Assembly: GCA_965219455.1 (NCBI GenBank) | Contig: OZ244744.1 | Span: forward strand, 3,264,001 to 3,328,000 | Source of the DNA: Candidatus Latescibacterota bacterium | Lineage (GTDB): Bacteria; Latescibacterota; UBA2968; GCA-2709665 | DNA: 64,000 nucleotides | Direction of reading: 5' to 3' | In this document: positions 19,419 through 28,945 of the stretch, piece after piece | How the letters are laid out: the number at the start of each line of letters is the position of its first letter | Position numbering within the stretch: the stretch's first letter is position 1 | The notes under the pieces: generated by a model | What the model was told of the DNA's origin: nothing | Seen by the model: only the letters and a program-made list of their open reading frames with translations | The model's database searches: none | Position numbers and translations under genes: made by a program

Positions 19419-20714
19419 TTACTCGCCTAGAATTTCCCCCAACAGTCCCTCAGTTTCCCGCTCCAGCGCCAGAATGTCGGCCCTTATTTCTTCCAATGTG
19501 CGCATCGGCTGGGGTTTGTAGAAGTAGCGCGTGAAGCTGATTTCGTAGCCTACCTTGACACTGGATTGGTCGTACCACGCATCAGATGCATAGAGCAGCA
19601 CCTCTCGGCGCAGGAAGCTTTCGATGCCGCCGTCTTCGAGCAGAGGCACCTGCTCGGTGTCGCGCAATTCGGAGTCGTGTTCGTACTCGACGATGCAATG
19701 CCTGCCGTCCATGGTGGTTTCAACCCGATCGCGGATCGGGTCGGGTTCGACGTTTCCCGAACGATGGATCCTCTTTATGACGGGCTCGGCGGCCGGGTCG
19801 CGGAATGCCAGGGCAGTCTGAATAAGCTTTTTGCGTCCGGCTGTCAGTTTAACGCTGTACTCAGATGCGTACTCTGCGATGACATCCAGAAACTGATTGA
19901 AATCGGGGTGAGGCCCAGCGCCCAGTACCGCCGCCACGCGTTCGGCGACGAGTCGGGTGAGCGTCTCCTCGGCGACGGTCAGCATCCCGCCCGTGCCGCA
20001 GGCGCCGTCGTACACCAGATAGGTGCCAGATTTGACCTCGTCGGCAACCGGTATGAAAATCAGCCGTGCCATGAGCTGTACGACGTCGCGAGGCGTGAAG
20101 TGCTCGCCGGCCTCCTCGTTGTTTTCCTCGTTGAATCGGCGGATCAGTTCTTCGAACACAGTGCCCATACCGTGGTTGTCGAGGGCCTCCAAACGCACGG
20201 ATCCGTCAGCGTTCAACACGGGTTTGGGGCTGAGGTTGATCGAAGGGTCAAGGAATTTCTCAAGAAGAAACCCGAGCAAATCGTTCTCCGCCAACTCAGG
20301 AATCTGATTGCGAAACTTGAACCTCTCAAGGACTTCCAGCACATTTGGCGAGAAGCCGTCGAGGTACGCCTCGAAGTCAGCCGTCAACTGCTGCTGTCTG
20401 GCTCGGGAGGTCAGATCGCGGAGTCTGAAGGGTGAGGCGTTGTAAAACGCCTCACCGGCCGAGTGGTGATTCAATAAACAGCGCCGTCCCTTTTCGAGTG
20501 GGGGAGACGGCGGCGAGTCGTGGCGTTCCCGGACACGGGATTCCGTGATTTCGGTTTGATTTATGTGAGCAGACAAGAATGCCTGCTCCACCTTTTCAAC
20601 CAATTGTTGTAGGTATCGCTGGAGCGCATCAACCATCGGGGATAAAACGCCTGTCTCTGCTTCCACTTCCCGATTCACGACAGATTTGCCGATATGTATG
20701 CTGCCCTGCTTCAC
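19419..20714 (-). pseudogene. hsdM: Type I R-M HsdM with internal in-frame deletion (no NPPY motif IV)
   Basis: Has FYNASPF, MGTVFEELIRRFNEENNEEAGEHFTPRDVV, YDGACGTGGML and the C-terminal LRDTEQVP...GYEISFTRYFY. The catalytic NPPY segment is missing and the N-terminus is aberrant. Confidence 0.8.
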
Positions 20715-21817
20715 TCATCCCCGCCCCCGCTGTACCATCGGGCAAGCACCTCCTGCGCCGGCTTTCCCTGTGGCGTGAATCCCCGTTCCCGCCGAAGTGC
20801 GCGCCGTCCACCAAATCGCATGCTTCCCTCGGGGAACCACTTCCAGATGTGGGTGCCTGCAAACCAGGGGCGGTGCCAGAAAGTCTGGAACATCGCCTCG
20901 TAAAGGGTCGCCTGCAGTTCATTGTTCACCGGCGCGTCCGACCTCCAGATCCATGGCTCCACGGCCGAATCCGCGGTGCTCCGGTAGCCCACCTCCGTAA
21001 AGAGCACCGGCTTTCCCACCCGCTGCTGCACCGCCTCAATCCGCTTGACGTGGGGCGCCCACGCTGCTTTTAGATCGTCGAGCGTCAACCTGCTGCCGGT
21101 GCTGTCCGCCAGCGGGAAATAGACCTGGATACCAATATAGTCGAGCGCGTCCCAGAAAGGCACCTCCTCGAACTCCCGGTACCAGTTCGCCGAATAGGTC
21201 AGTTCGCCCCCGTACACCGCCCGCACGTCCGCTATCAGCCTGCGCCATGCGTCGGGGCGGTTCAACACGGCGCTACGCAGTTCCGTCCCGATACACAGCG
21301 CCTCCATCCCGCATGTCTCCGCCAATTGGGCGTAATGGAGGATGAACCTCCGATAGCTCGCCCACCACGTATCCCATTCCGCCTGGGTCGCAAAATCAAT
21401 ATTACCGCGCCACCTTCCATCGCTCCGGTCCCGGATCCACACGTGAGGTTTCAGCACCGTCCGTATACCCCGCCGCCGCGCCCGCCGGGCCGTCTCCGCC
21501 AGACCCTCGTCCGATTCCCCCCACCAGACCCGTCCGGAAGTCGCCATGATCACCTCCGGGGCGTCGATGCTCCGCTGCCACCCGAACGGCGTCTGGGAAA
21601 TCCAGTTCACGTTCATCGCAGCCAGACGGTCGAAGGCCTCCTCCGCGGGGCGGCCCGGCCCGGCCACGAAACAGACCCCGCGATGTCTTTCCGTCAAAGG
21701 CGACACCTCTGAAGCCAGGGTCTGGGCCTCGGCCTGGACCGCTACGCTTGCAAGAACCAGCCCGCAAAGTCCAATCGCTCGCCGCATCTGCATCAACCCT
21801 GCGCCTTCTCCAGCCAA
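20711..21817 (-). CDS. GH113-family glycoside hydrolase (beta-mannanase-like), secreted
   Basis: LKPHVW...WRG, IGTEL, TYSANW, FWDALDYIG...YFPL, LFTEVGY, FTPQGKPA. Signal peptide present. Confidence 0.9.
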   Translation of the reverse strand: MAGEGAGLMQMRRAIGLCGLVLASVAVQAEAQTLASEVSPLTERHRGVCFVAGPGRPAEEAFDRLAAMNVNWISQTPFGWQRSIDAPEVIMATSGRVWWGESDEGLAETARRARRRGIRTVLKPHVWIRDRSDGRWRGNIDFATQAEWDTWWASYRRFILHYAQLAETCGMEALCIGTELRSAVLNRPDAWRRLIADVRAVYGGELTYSANWYREFEEVPFWDALDYIGIQVYFPLADSTGSRLTLDDLKAAWAPHVKRIEAVQQRVGKPVLFTEVGYRSTADSAVEPWIWRSDAPVNNELQATLYEAMFQTFWHRPWFAGTHIWKWFPEGSMRFGGRRALRRERGFTPQGKPAQEVLARWYSGGGDE

Positions 21818-22097
21818 TCCGTACCTTTCTCTATCCGGTGCACGGCTCTGCCATCCACTTTCCGCGAAGAGAAAATACCGTGGATACCGGATAATGTAAA
21901 GGGCGAACCCTTCCGTTGCCGGGCCATTCGGTTGAGGATCGGGGCGTTATATTTTCAATAAAGCACCTTCCCGGTCGAGCAAAGGGCCCGATAGGCAGAT
22001 CTATTCGTAGATTCACCGATTATACGTGTGGTTATCGGAATCACGGTTGTCCGATATGGCGCATCAGACTGCCAGGACAGACCACGCAAGTCGGGCA

Positions 22098-22131
22098 TTG
22101 ACAGTTTTGAAGTAAGACGATATCTTACTTC
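22098..22131 (+). promoter_or_regulatory. vapBC promoter (leaderless) with palindromic operator
   Basis: TTGACA, 17 nt, TATCTT, with ATG 7 nt later. Inverted repeat GAAGTAAGA-cgata-TCTTACTTC at 22109-22131. Confidence 0.7.
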
Positions 22132-22133
22132 CT

Positions 22134-22376
22134 ATGAAGACAGTCCTCTCATCCAAGGGTCAGATAGTCATTCCGGCCGAGTTTCGCCATCAGGACAAGC
22201 TCGAACCGGGCCAATCGTTTGCAATAGAACGGGTGGACAAAGGCGAATATCGTCTGGTCGTTGCCGACCCCCCAAAGAACCACGGGCTGTTGAACACACT
22301 CCTGGCGTGTCCTGAAAAAGGCTGGTTCGTTCCGATCGAATCGGAGTCTACCGACTCCCTTGGATGGCCGCCGTGA
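22134..22376 (+). CDS. vapB: AbrB/MazE/SpoVT-type antitoxin (VapB)
   Basis: MKTVLSSKGQIVIPAEFR...L.PGQ. Overlaps the PIN gene. Confidence 0.85.
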   Translation: MKTVLSSKGQIVIPAEFRHQDKLEPGQSFAIERVDKGEYRLVVADPPKNHGLLNTLLACPEKGWFVPIESESTDSLGWPP

Positions 22377-22780
22377 TGTATCTCGTGGATGCCAACGTAC
22401 TGTACGAAGCGACCCAGCCGAGGCCGGATCCGAAGGTGATCGAATGGTTGGCGCGGACCGAACGCGACCTGGCCGTCGATCCTGTGATCCTGGGAGAAAT
22501 CCGCTTCGGGATCCTTCTGCTGCCACCGGGGCGTCGGCGTCGCGCGCTCGATCGTTGGTTCGACGACGTCGCCCGTCGCATTCACTGTGTCCCGTGGGAT
22601 GCCGAGACGGGATTGCGCTGGGCCGACCTGCTGGCGCATCTCCGTTTTCTCGGAAAGCCGATGCCGATCAAAGACAGCCTCATTGCCGCCACCGCCCTGA
22701 CTCACGGATTACCCCTGGCGACCCGAAATCGTCGCGATTTCGAAGCCAGCGGTGTAGAACTCGTCGATCCCTTTGTCTGA
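22364..22780 (+). CDS. vapC: PIN-domain toxin VapC
   Basis: YLVDANVLYE...GEI..G...DSLIAATA..HGL.LATRNRRDF. Confidence 0.92.
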   Translation: MAAVMYLVDANVLYEATQPRPDPKVIEWLARTERDLAVDPVILGEIRFGILLLPPGRRRRALDRWFDDVARRIHCVPWDAETGLRWADLLAHLRFLGKPMPIKDSLIAATALTHGLPLATRNRRDFEASGVELVDPFV

Positions 22781-23008
22781 AAGCCCGGGGACGTTAAGGC
22801 CGCACGTTCTAGAATGCACAGGATGCAGACACTGGCGTTAAGGCTACAGAAGTCTCCGATCGGAGGCGGCGACGCCCCCGGTGGGTTAATGATGGCGAAG
22901 TGAAGACTTAAAGGTCGGCGGGCCGGCGTCTTTGACGAATCAAGGCTTAACAGTTCCGGATTCTCGTTTAATCCGGCTTCGTTTGTTGCGGCTTGAATTC
23001 GAGAATTG

Positions 23009-23056
23009 AAAACAGGGGAAGGGGCAATCGCCCCTTCCCCTCTGTTTCGTTTTCTT
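23009..23056. terminator. Bidirectional intrinsic terminator
   Basis: AAACAGGGGAAGGGGC-aatc-GCCCCTTCCCCTCTGTTT hairpin with A/T tracts, between convergent genes. Confidence 0.7.
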
Positions 23057-23099
23057 CTTGTCGCTACATAGACGACGGCGGGTTCCCACAATGGAGCGG

Positions 23100-24020
23100 C
23101 TAGCGCATCATCAGGTTTCCGGTATAGGAGATACCCAGCATCCACGTGGAGCCGGCGAAATAAGTATGTGGCGGAGGACCCACCGACGGGTCGGCGCGTC
23201 CGAGGACGGTCACACGCGCCGCGGCTTCGACGCTCAGGCCTTGAGGAAGACTCACCAGGACCGTGGGTATCGCATAGGTGACGCGCCTGCCGGCGCCGGA
23301 GATACCTTCCAGTTTGAGAGCGACGTTCAGCATCTCGGTGGGACTGCCGCCGACCTCGGCGTTGTAGATCAACTCGTCGTCAGGATTGTGGTGGATGGTA
23401 TCGTTGGTCGCCCGGAGGCGATAACCCAGATCGATATTGGCGTATATTGGGGTGGGCCAATAAGAACGGCCAATCTGGGCGATCACTTCGAAATCCCACT
23501 GACCGTCGCTGGCGGACATGGCCTCAGGTGCGGCGCGGAATTCGCCGGATGGGGTCTTGATTCCAAGCTTCAGGGTGCCCACGACAGGTTCGTGCACGAG
23601 GTTGATCTTGGCGAAGGCGCGAATATCGCCCAGACCTGACTCCTTGGCGCGATATCCGAACATGCTTCTGTGCCTGTCCGCGGTGAAATTCTCAAACTTC
23701 CTGTTTATGGCGGCGAACTGCACGCCGACGTCGAAGCGCTTCGTCACGCCGTAGAACACGTCGAAATACACCTCTTGAGCGGTGTAATCGGCGGGGAACT
23801 TGCTCGCGTCTCCATCCTGGCTGTAGTGTTTGCTGGTGGCCTGGTGCAGGCCGGTAATCTTGCTCCATACCTGGCCCTTTTCCAACGTCCACGCGCCCGC
23901 AAAGGCGGCCCTGGGCGCAAGGATACCGAGGGCGATGATGAAAACGGGGACCATTCGCGAGAAAAACTTCAGGTTCGCAATCTGCACGTACGTGTACGGA
24001 AATATTTTTTCGTGGCTCAA
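23100..24020 (-). CDS. Outer-membrane beta-barrel protein (transporter/MetA-pathway-like)
   Basis: Signal peptide ..AAFA-GAWTL.KG, SGLGDI, alternating beta-strands. TTG 24020 follows AAGGAG (start uncertain). Confidence 0.65.
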   Translation of the reverse strand: MSHEKIFPYTYVQIANLKFFSRMVPVFIIALGILAPRAAFAGAWTLEKGQVWSKITGLHQATSKHYSQDGDASKFPADYTAQEVYFDVFYGVTKRFDVGVQFAAINRKFENFTADRHRSMFGYRAKESGLGDIRAFAKINLVHEPVVGTLKLGIKTPSGEFRAAPEAMSASDGQWDFEVIAQIGRSYWPTPIYANIDLGYRLRATNDTIHHNPDDELIYNAEVGGSPTEMLNVALKLEGISGAGRRVTYAIPTVLVSLPQGLSVEAAARVTVLGRADPSVGPPPHTYFAGSTWMLGISYTGNLMMR

Positions 24021-24299
24021 ATCATGCTCCTTTTCGATACGTCCCCCGGTTTGCCGGACCGTGTCGGGCAAACCAAAAGGACAAGTTTGCGAAAAACCGC
24101 GCCTGAAGGCGGCTTGCGATTCCCTGCCATTGGCCTGACATCGGTGAATCGACGGATTGACCCTAAAGTCTACAATATTCGCGTTCGAATCGCAATAAGC
24201 ATCTTTATTCGGAGCAGCATTTTCTGTCGCATAATGCGACACCTCAGTCCACGGAAGCCCATGGATGCCGTTGTTCGCGACTTCGTTCCTACCGCGTGG

Positions 24300-25364
24300 T
24301 CAGTTCGGAAATTCGAACTCCTCGTAATCGTCTTTTTCGATCGGATGGAGGTAGAGCCGCATGCGTCGATCTCTCGTGGTCGCGAACATCACCTGGCAGG
24401 AGATCAGATCGCCCACATTCAGCCCGTGCAACTGCAGAATACGTCCCGGCGCGTGGACGTCAAACGAAAAGTCCACAAGTTCCTGCATTGTCTTCATCCG
24501 CGCGAACACGTTTCGATAGTGCTCGAAATACATGACGCGGGCCTGGGAGTTGTAATAGTATGGCCCGTCCCAGAAATCGGGGTCCGCCTCGCGCGAAGGA
24601 TTCCGGAGCCTGGGATGCCGCCAGTGGTTGACCTCCAGGAGCATACCGTCCTGCGCCTCTGAAATGGCGACATTTTCCGACTCCAGTTCCAGGCCCAGCA
24701 TATTCCCCTCGGCGTCGACCGTGACCAGGTTCATCCCCTTCTGCCCGGAAAGGCGGTACTGGTCCACGAAATGGCGGACGTCATCGCAGTCGCCGCAATG
24801 CTGCGCCAGCAGGTGAACCACGAAGTAGAGGTTCAGGTATTCTGGATTGGAGACGAAATTGAACTTCCGATGCCCGGAATTCGCTCCGACTGCCAGTCCG
24901 GAGTCGTTCACAGCCATCCCCAGCGTGACCTGCCGCCTGGTGCCGAACCCCATCATTCCATGAGGTTTCGTGTCCGGGAAAAACGACACAACGGAATTGG
25001 AGACCGTTCCTGGCACCGTATCCGTGCCTCCGTCGTTGGTAGACAACATGGCGGGGCCGTCGTCTTCCAGCACGATTCCCAGGGTGGAGCAGGCATCCCC
25101 GATGGGGCCCGTCCAGAGTATATGGCCAAAGTACGCGTGCTCGAAAGAGGCCATTCCAGCCGCCTCACCGAACGCCTCGATCTGCTCGATCATATCGGGG
25201 AATTCCCGCCGCATGAAAGCCAGATTCTGCCGGAAGTAGGAATTCTGGAAATCGTGCGGACGAGCCTGCCAGAACTTCAGATAGTCCTGGGCCGCCTCCG
25301 GGTCCATCGAGCCCTGGACCTTTCCGATCTCCGCGGGACTGCCGCGAAAAATACGCGTTTCCAT
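24300..25364 (-). CDS. C45-family Ntn-hydrolase (autoproteolytic acyltransferase/hydrolase)
   Basis: G.PAEIG..QG, DA-CST nucleophile Cys, TND, AVNDSGLAV, VNHW. Confidence 0.75.
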   Translation of the reverse strand: METRIFRGSPAEIGKVQGSMDPEAAQDYLKFWQARPHDFQNSYFRQNLAFMRREFPDMIEQIEAFGEAAGMASFEHAYFGHILWTGPIGDACSTLGIVLEDDGPAMLSTNDGGTDTVPGTVSNSVVSFFPDTKPHGMMGFGTRRQVTLGMAVNDSGLAVGANSGHRKFNFVSNPEYLNLYFVVHLLAQHCGDCDDVRHFVDQYRLSGQKGMNLVTVDAEGNMLGLELESENVAISEAQDGMLLEVNHWRHPRLRNPSREADPDFWDGPYYYNSQARVMYFEHYRNVFARMKTMQELVDFSFDVHAPGRILQLHGLNVGDLISCQVMFATTRDRRMRLYLHPIEKDDYEEFEFPN

Positions 25365-25457
25365 ATAAGCCTCCTTGCAACTTGATTCTTCTTGAAATCC
25401 TGCGAAACGATGGGATGGTTGCCGCGTACTTGGGCATTCACGGCATGTATGATCCTA

Positions 25458-27287
25458 TCACGCCGTCCAGATGGGCAGTTGAACGAACGAGGCCCGGCCG
25501 GCCTCGTGATAGACCGTGTTTTGCGCGATGCGCCAGTTCCTGTCGTCGGGATCGCCCGTATTCCGGTTGATGTCGTAGTTGGGAAAGTTGCTGCTGCAGA
25601 TATCCAGCCGGATGCGGTGGCCGGCCTTGAAGCGGTTCGCGGACGGCTGCATGTCGATTTCGATGCGATACACCGTTCCCGGTTCCATCGGAGTCGGATG
25701 CTCCCAGCTGTCGCGGTAGCGCACACGAAGGATGCCCTCCGATACCGGCAAGGCGTATCCGTTCGGGTAATCAAGGCTGGGCGGATGTACGTCGAGCAGC
25801 TTCAAAAAGAAGTCCGTATCCGGTGCGTCCGAGGATATCCAGAGGATCCCCCTGATATTACCAGCGATGGAAACATCCGCATTCGACGGGGCGGATTGAA
25901 AAACCAGCACGTCGGGCCGTGAGGCGATGGGCATGCCCGGAATACCATGGCCGGGAAGGGTCTCGATCTCGATCTGGTCGCGGGGTCCCATCCCCTTGAA
26001 CCACCCCTCCTTCATCGGACCGTAGGGGATGATACAGCGGCCGTTGCTGGACACGGTATCGCGCGGGTCGTAGGTATACGTCGTGGATGCATTTTCCGCG
26101 GAGGGCGCCTCGGCTGACAGGGTCCCGTCTTTGTGGATATAATAAGGCGTCTCACGGGAGCCCTCCGGCGGCCAGCCGTCCACGCTGAACCACTTCCCGC
26201 CGTGTTGCAGGAGACCATCCCTGTCGCGGCTGCCGTCACCGCCGCCCATCAGGAACATCCTTACCGCGCTGCCCACGTCCACCGTCGCATCCTCCTTGAG
26301 CCACCGGTTGAACCACTGAAGGTAGAGTTGGCGAAAATCCTGGTGGAAATGGAGGCCGCCCTCTGGACCGAAGTGCACGTCGCCGCAGGTGGGTTTACAG
26401 TTGCCGTGGGTCCAGGGTCCCACGAGCAGGTGCTGGTGCTTCCGCTTCATCCTTACCATCTTCTGGAATCCGTCAATAATCGTCCTCGGATACCAGTCGA
26501 ACCAGCCCACCATCCAGAGGATGGGCATGTCGGGAAACGAATCGAAATATTCGTCCATGGCGAGTCCGGGCTGCCGCCAGAATTCCGAATAATCGTTATT
26601 TTCAAAATAAAGCTGGAAAACGACGTCCTCGTACTGGGGCACCATCGCCAGCGGCGTCTGCCCGCGCCGCCAGGGGATGCGGGAAGCCCATTCCAGGAAT
26701 TGCCGCCCGTCGGCGGACATCGTCCGTATGGCCTCGGCGATGGCCGGGTTCGCCCGCGCCTCCTGGCCCGTGGTCGACATCCGGACCGCCCAGTTCAGAA
26801 GCCCCAGGTGCAGGGCGCCGCCCTCGCGCATGCTATAGTGCCAGGCGTTGATGGGTCCTTCAAACGGGATCATCGTCGCCAGGGACGGGGGGTTCTGCGT
26901 GGCCGCGTGGAACTGCACCCACGCATCGTAGGAACACCCGTACATTCCCACCTTCCCGTTGCACGAAGGGTGATCGGCGATCCACTGTATGGTGTCGTAC
27001 CCGTCCTCCGGATCGTCTATGAACGGAAAGAACACGCCCTCTGAACCATAGCGTCCCCGGCAGTCCTGCACCACGGACATATATCCGTGACGCGCAAGAA
27101 AACCCGCCGTGTCCGCACCGCCGGTCTTGTTGTACGGCGTCCTGTCCAGTACGGCCGGAAAGGTCCCGGTTCGTTCGCGCGCAACCTTGCCGGGGAAGTA
27201 GATATCCGTGGCCAGCCGCACGCCGTCCCGCATGGGGACCATCACGTCCCTGGCCACAATCACGTCGCACCTCGGTTGCTCATCCAT
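25458..27287 (-). CDS. CocE/NonD family hydrolase
   Basis: VPMRDGVRLATDIYFP, RTPYNK, QDCRGRYGSEG, GCSY nucleophile, GPWTH, SSNFP.YD.N.NTG. Confidence 0.92.
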   Translation of the reverse strand: MDEQPRCDVIVARDVMVPMRDGVRLATDIYFPGKVARERTGTFPAVLDRTPYNKTGGADTAGFLARHGYMSVVQDCRGRYGSEGVFFPFIDDPEDGYDTIQWIADHPSCNGKVGMYGCSYDAWVQFHAATQNPPSLATMIPFEGPINAWHYSMREGGALHLGLLNWAVRMSTTGQEARANPAIAEAIRTMSADGRQFLEWASRIPWRRGQTPLAMVPQYEDVVFQLYFENNDYSEFWRQPGLAMDEYFDSFPDMPILWMVGWFDWYPRTIIDGFQKMVRMKRKHQHLLVGPWTHGNCKPTCGDVHFGPEGGLHFHQDFRQLYLQWFNRWLKEDATVDVGSAVRMFLMGGGDGSRDRDGLLQHGGKWFSVDGWPPEGSRETPYYIHKDGTLSAEAPSAENASTTYTYDPRDTVSSNGRCIIPYGPMKEGWFKGMGPRDQIEIETLPGHGIPGMPIASRPDVLVFQSAPSNADVSIAGNIRGILWISSDAPDTDFFLKLLDVHPPSLDYPNGYALPVSEGILRVRYRDSWEHPTPMEPGTVYRIEIDMQPSANRFKAGHRIRLDICSSNFPNYDINRNTGDPDDRNWRIAQNTVYHEAGRASFVQLPIWTA

Positions 27288-27316
27288 GAGAATCCTTACA
27301 CCGTCGGCGGTAACCC

Positions 27317-28828
27317 TCAGACGAATTTGTATCCATAGAGCCGTGCCGCGCCATAGAGCCAAAAGCGCAACTTGAACCGGTCCCGACCGACGTCGGCAAG
27401 GCATTTGCCGCCCCATTTCACGGGGCGCCGCAGTCCGTCGACGTAAATATCGTCGCAGTCCTCGCATCCATATCCCGGAATCGGCTCGCCGGAATCCGCA
27501 TCGAGGACCTCGACCTCTATCCAGTTGCGGTTCTGTCGAACGTCTCCCACGTTGACCGTCAGCGCGGTCGATCGATCAGTCAGCGCCAGCGGCGTGGTCG
27601 TCGCGTGTCCGGGCGTCTCGCGGTCCGGGGTCTCCAGGCAGGTGAACCCGTCTTCGCGAAGCGTGGCCAGGCCCATCCGCGCCATGCGCGCGCTTCCGCT
27701 CCCCATTTCATGAATGAACTCGGGGACCTCGTTCTCCGGCGGCCAACTCGTGAATTCTTCGCCCGATCCGCCATAGAACATGTAGATGGTCCCGTCCTTG
27801 ACAGCCGGCTTATCCGTAATAATGAGCAGCCCCCCGTCCCACTCGCCGTGGGCCCCGCGGCTGATGACCTTCTGGTGAGGATTCACGCGGTGGAAATTGA
27901 GCCCGTCTCCGCTGGCCGCCAGGCGTATGTCCGCGGCGTACATCCCGTAGAAGCCGTAGCGGCTCGGCACGTACCATCCGTACTCGTAGCAGATGATCCA
28001 CGCGCCCCCGTACGGCGACATCATGATGTGATGGTCCTCGTACTCAAGGCCGTCGGCGGGGGAGAGCAGAGGGTTCTCTTCCGCTCGTCGAAAGTGCTCG
28101 ATGTCCGGGCCGTACGCCAGAATTTTGGCCCGTCCGAGGCCGCGGTACCGTTCGGCGTGGCGTTTGATATCCGGCTTGTCGAAAGGCACCATCTCCTGGA
28201 AAACGGTCTTGTACCGCCGCGAGGGGTCGGGGTCCTGGTCGTCGCGGACGAGCACGCCGATATCGGGCGGGCCACGAAACCATTCGGGCAGGTCGATATT
28301 CGGACCCTCGGACCAGTGAATCCCGTCTGGCGAGTAGTTGGCCCGGGCGCCCTTGCCGGCGTAGACCGCCTGTCCGCCGAAGCTGCGCTTGATCCCCTTG
28401 AATCGCTTGTTCGGGTCCGGCTCGGTGTCGTCTTTGATGATCGGCCCTCGCCCGTCGAGGACGATGTTGTTTTTCTTGCTCCCGTTGTATTCGTAAAGGC
28501 CCAGCTCGGGTTTGTGCCAGTTGACCCCGTCCTCGCTCACCGCGTACCCCATTGCCCACCACCTGGAAGTCGCGATGTCCGAACCCGCGTACCAGGCCTT
28601 GAAGAGTTTGTCCTCGTCGTCGTAGATCACCGTGGGCGACGACCACGGCGCGCAGTGCGTGGAATCCCACTCGTGCGAGTCGCCCACCGGGAGCACGGGA
28701 TTGAGGGGATGCTTTTCGGCCTCGCACACGGCCTGCGCCACGTGATAAACGTCCTCGATTCCGTCCATGAGCAGGAAACCGTCCGCGCTGTCCGGGTCCG
28801 TGTTCATCCTGTCCGGATTATCCGCCAT
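27317..28828 (-). CDS. Five-bladed propeller glycosidase-like protein with C-terminal beta-sandwich (GH32-like)
   Basis: YAVSEDGVNWHKPELGL...NNIV, DPDPSRRYK, GLATLREDGF, PIPGY..EDC, ARLYGYKF. Confidence 0.7.
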   Translation of the reverse strand: MADNPDRMNTDPDSADGFLLMDGIEDVYHVAQAVCEAEKHPLNPVLPVGDSHEWDSTHCAPWSSPTVIYDDEDKLFKAWYAGSDIATSRWWAMGYAVSEDGVNWHKPELGLYEYNGSKKNNIVLDGRGPIIKDDTEPDPNKRFKGIKRSFGGQAVYAGKGARANYSPDGIHWSEGPNIDLPEWFRGPPDIGVLVRDDQDPDPSRRYKTVFQEMVPFDKPDIKRHAERYRGLGRAKILAYGPDIEHFRRAEENPLLSPADGLEYEDHHIMMSPYGGAWIICYEYGWYVPSRYGFYGMYAADIRLAASGDGLNFHRVNPHQKVISRGAHGEWDGGLLIITDKPAVKDGTIYMFYGGSGEEFTSWPPENEVPEFIHEMGSGSARMARMGLATLREDGFTCLETPDRETPGHATTTPLALTDRSTALTVNVGDVRQNRNWIEVEVLDADSGEPIPGYGCEDCDDIYVDGLRRPVKWGGKCLADVGRDRFKLRFWLYGAARLYGYKFV

Positions 28829-28945
28829 TTGCGTATTCTCCCCATATTCGTTTTTCCTCCCGGTTAGCCACGTCTGTTTGCCAATCGAACCAGCAGGCCG
28901 CAACCAAACGTGACGAGTGCTTTTATTGAGTGCCTTACACCCGTT

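Noticed and set aside
19419-20714. Intact novel mini-HsdM
   Set aside because: Open frame but lacks catalytic motif IV and has an aberrant N-terminus, among other pseudogenes.
24061-24090. c-di-GMP-I riboswitch (GGGCAAACC)
   Set aside because: Lies on the wrong strand for the downstream gene and lacks the GNRA/GACGCAAAG elements.
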